64,000 bases of DNA from assembly GCA_951406725.2 (NCBI GenBank), contig OX597837.1, forward strand, positions 42,346,001-42,410,000. Direction: 5' to 3'. Source of the stretch: Octopus vulgaris. Lineage: Eukaryota. The position numbers and the translations under genes were made by a program. The notes under the pieces are model-generated. The model worked only from the letters and a program-made list of their open reading frames with translations, did not search any database and was not told the DNA's origin. Each line of letters opens with the position of its first letter. Position 1 is the stretch's first letter. Shown here in pieces: positions 63,726 through 64,000 of the stretch.

Positions 63726-63834
63726 AAATAAGGTTTAATCTGAGGGAGACATAGCGGTTATTTCTAGCTAACCAAGCAACCATCTAAAGGCACCCCTCTT
63801 TGGCTTACTACAGAATTATTGCACACCTAGATTA

Positions 63835-64000
63835 CTGGCGGTACTGGCAATGACCTCGCTCGAATCTTTTTACACGTTCCACCGACACAGATGCCAGTGA
63901 AGTGACGTTGGTAACGTTCAGGCTCGAATGGTGCCCTTTTACATGCCACGGGTACGGAAGCCAATTGGCTACTCTGGCAACGATCATGCTCGGATGGTGT
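63835..64000 (-). mobile_element. Family C 5-prime sub-repeat region, runs off the right edge
   Basis: ATGGTGCCCTTTTACATGCCACGGGTACGGAAGCCA-type units. Confidence 0.65.

Overview
AT-rich eukaryotic DNA with no protein-coding gene, rRNA, tRNA or CRISPR array that I can support. It reads as a large intron or gene desert. The repeat set resembles octopus (coleoid cephalopod) DNA, but that is my recognition, not a database result. The window is dominated by tRNA-derived SINEs (labelled A, B, I, J), RTE-related short retroelements with (GAT)n tails (C), two TTAA-flanked piggyBac-type MITEs (D, E), a GG-ended MITE with an 8-bp TSD, Penelope-like fragments with hammerhead-like motifs, and many micro- and minisatellites. 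Four dead transposon protein fragments are readable: CR1 ORF2 end, Tc1 transposase end, R4/Dong end and a weak RTE RT piece. The ORF track is almost all microsatellite or SINE artefact. The most unusual signals are local inverted duplications about 1.3-1.4 kb apart that cross repeat boundaries. One pair brackets a well-formed non-coding minus-strand exon candidate and another has a 53-bp perfect core. These could form long dsRNA (ADAR editing or back-splicing) but nothing in the sequence proves function. Family letters are my own labels, and boundaries of old repeats are approximate.
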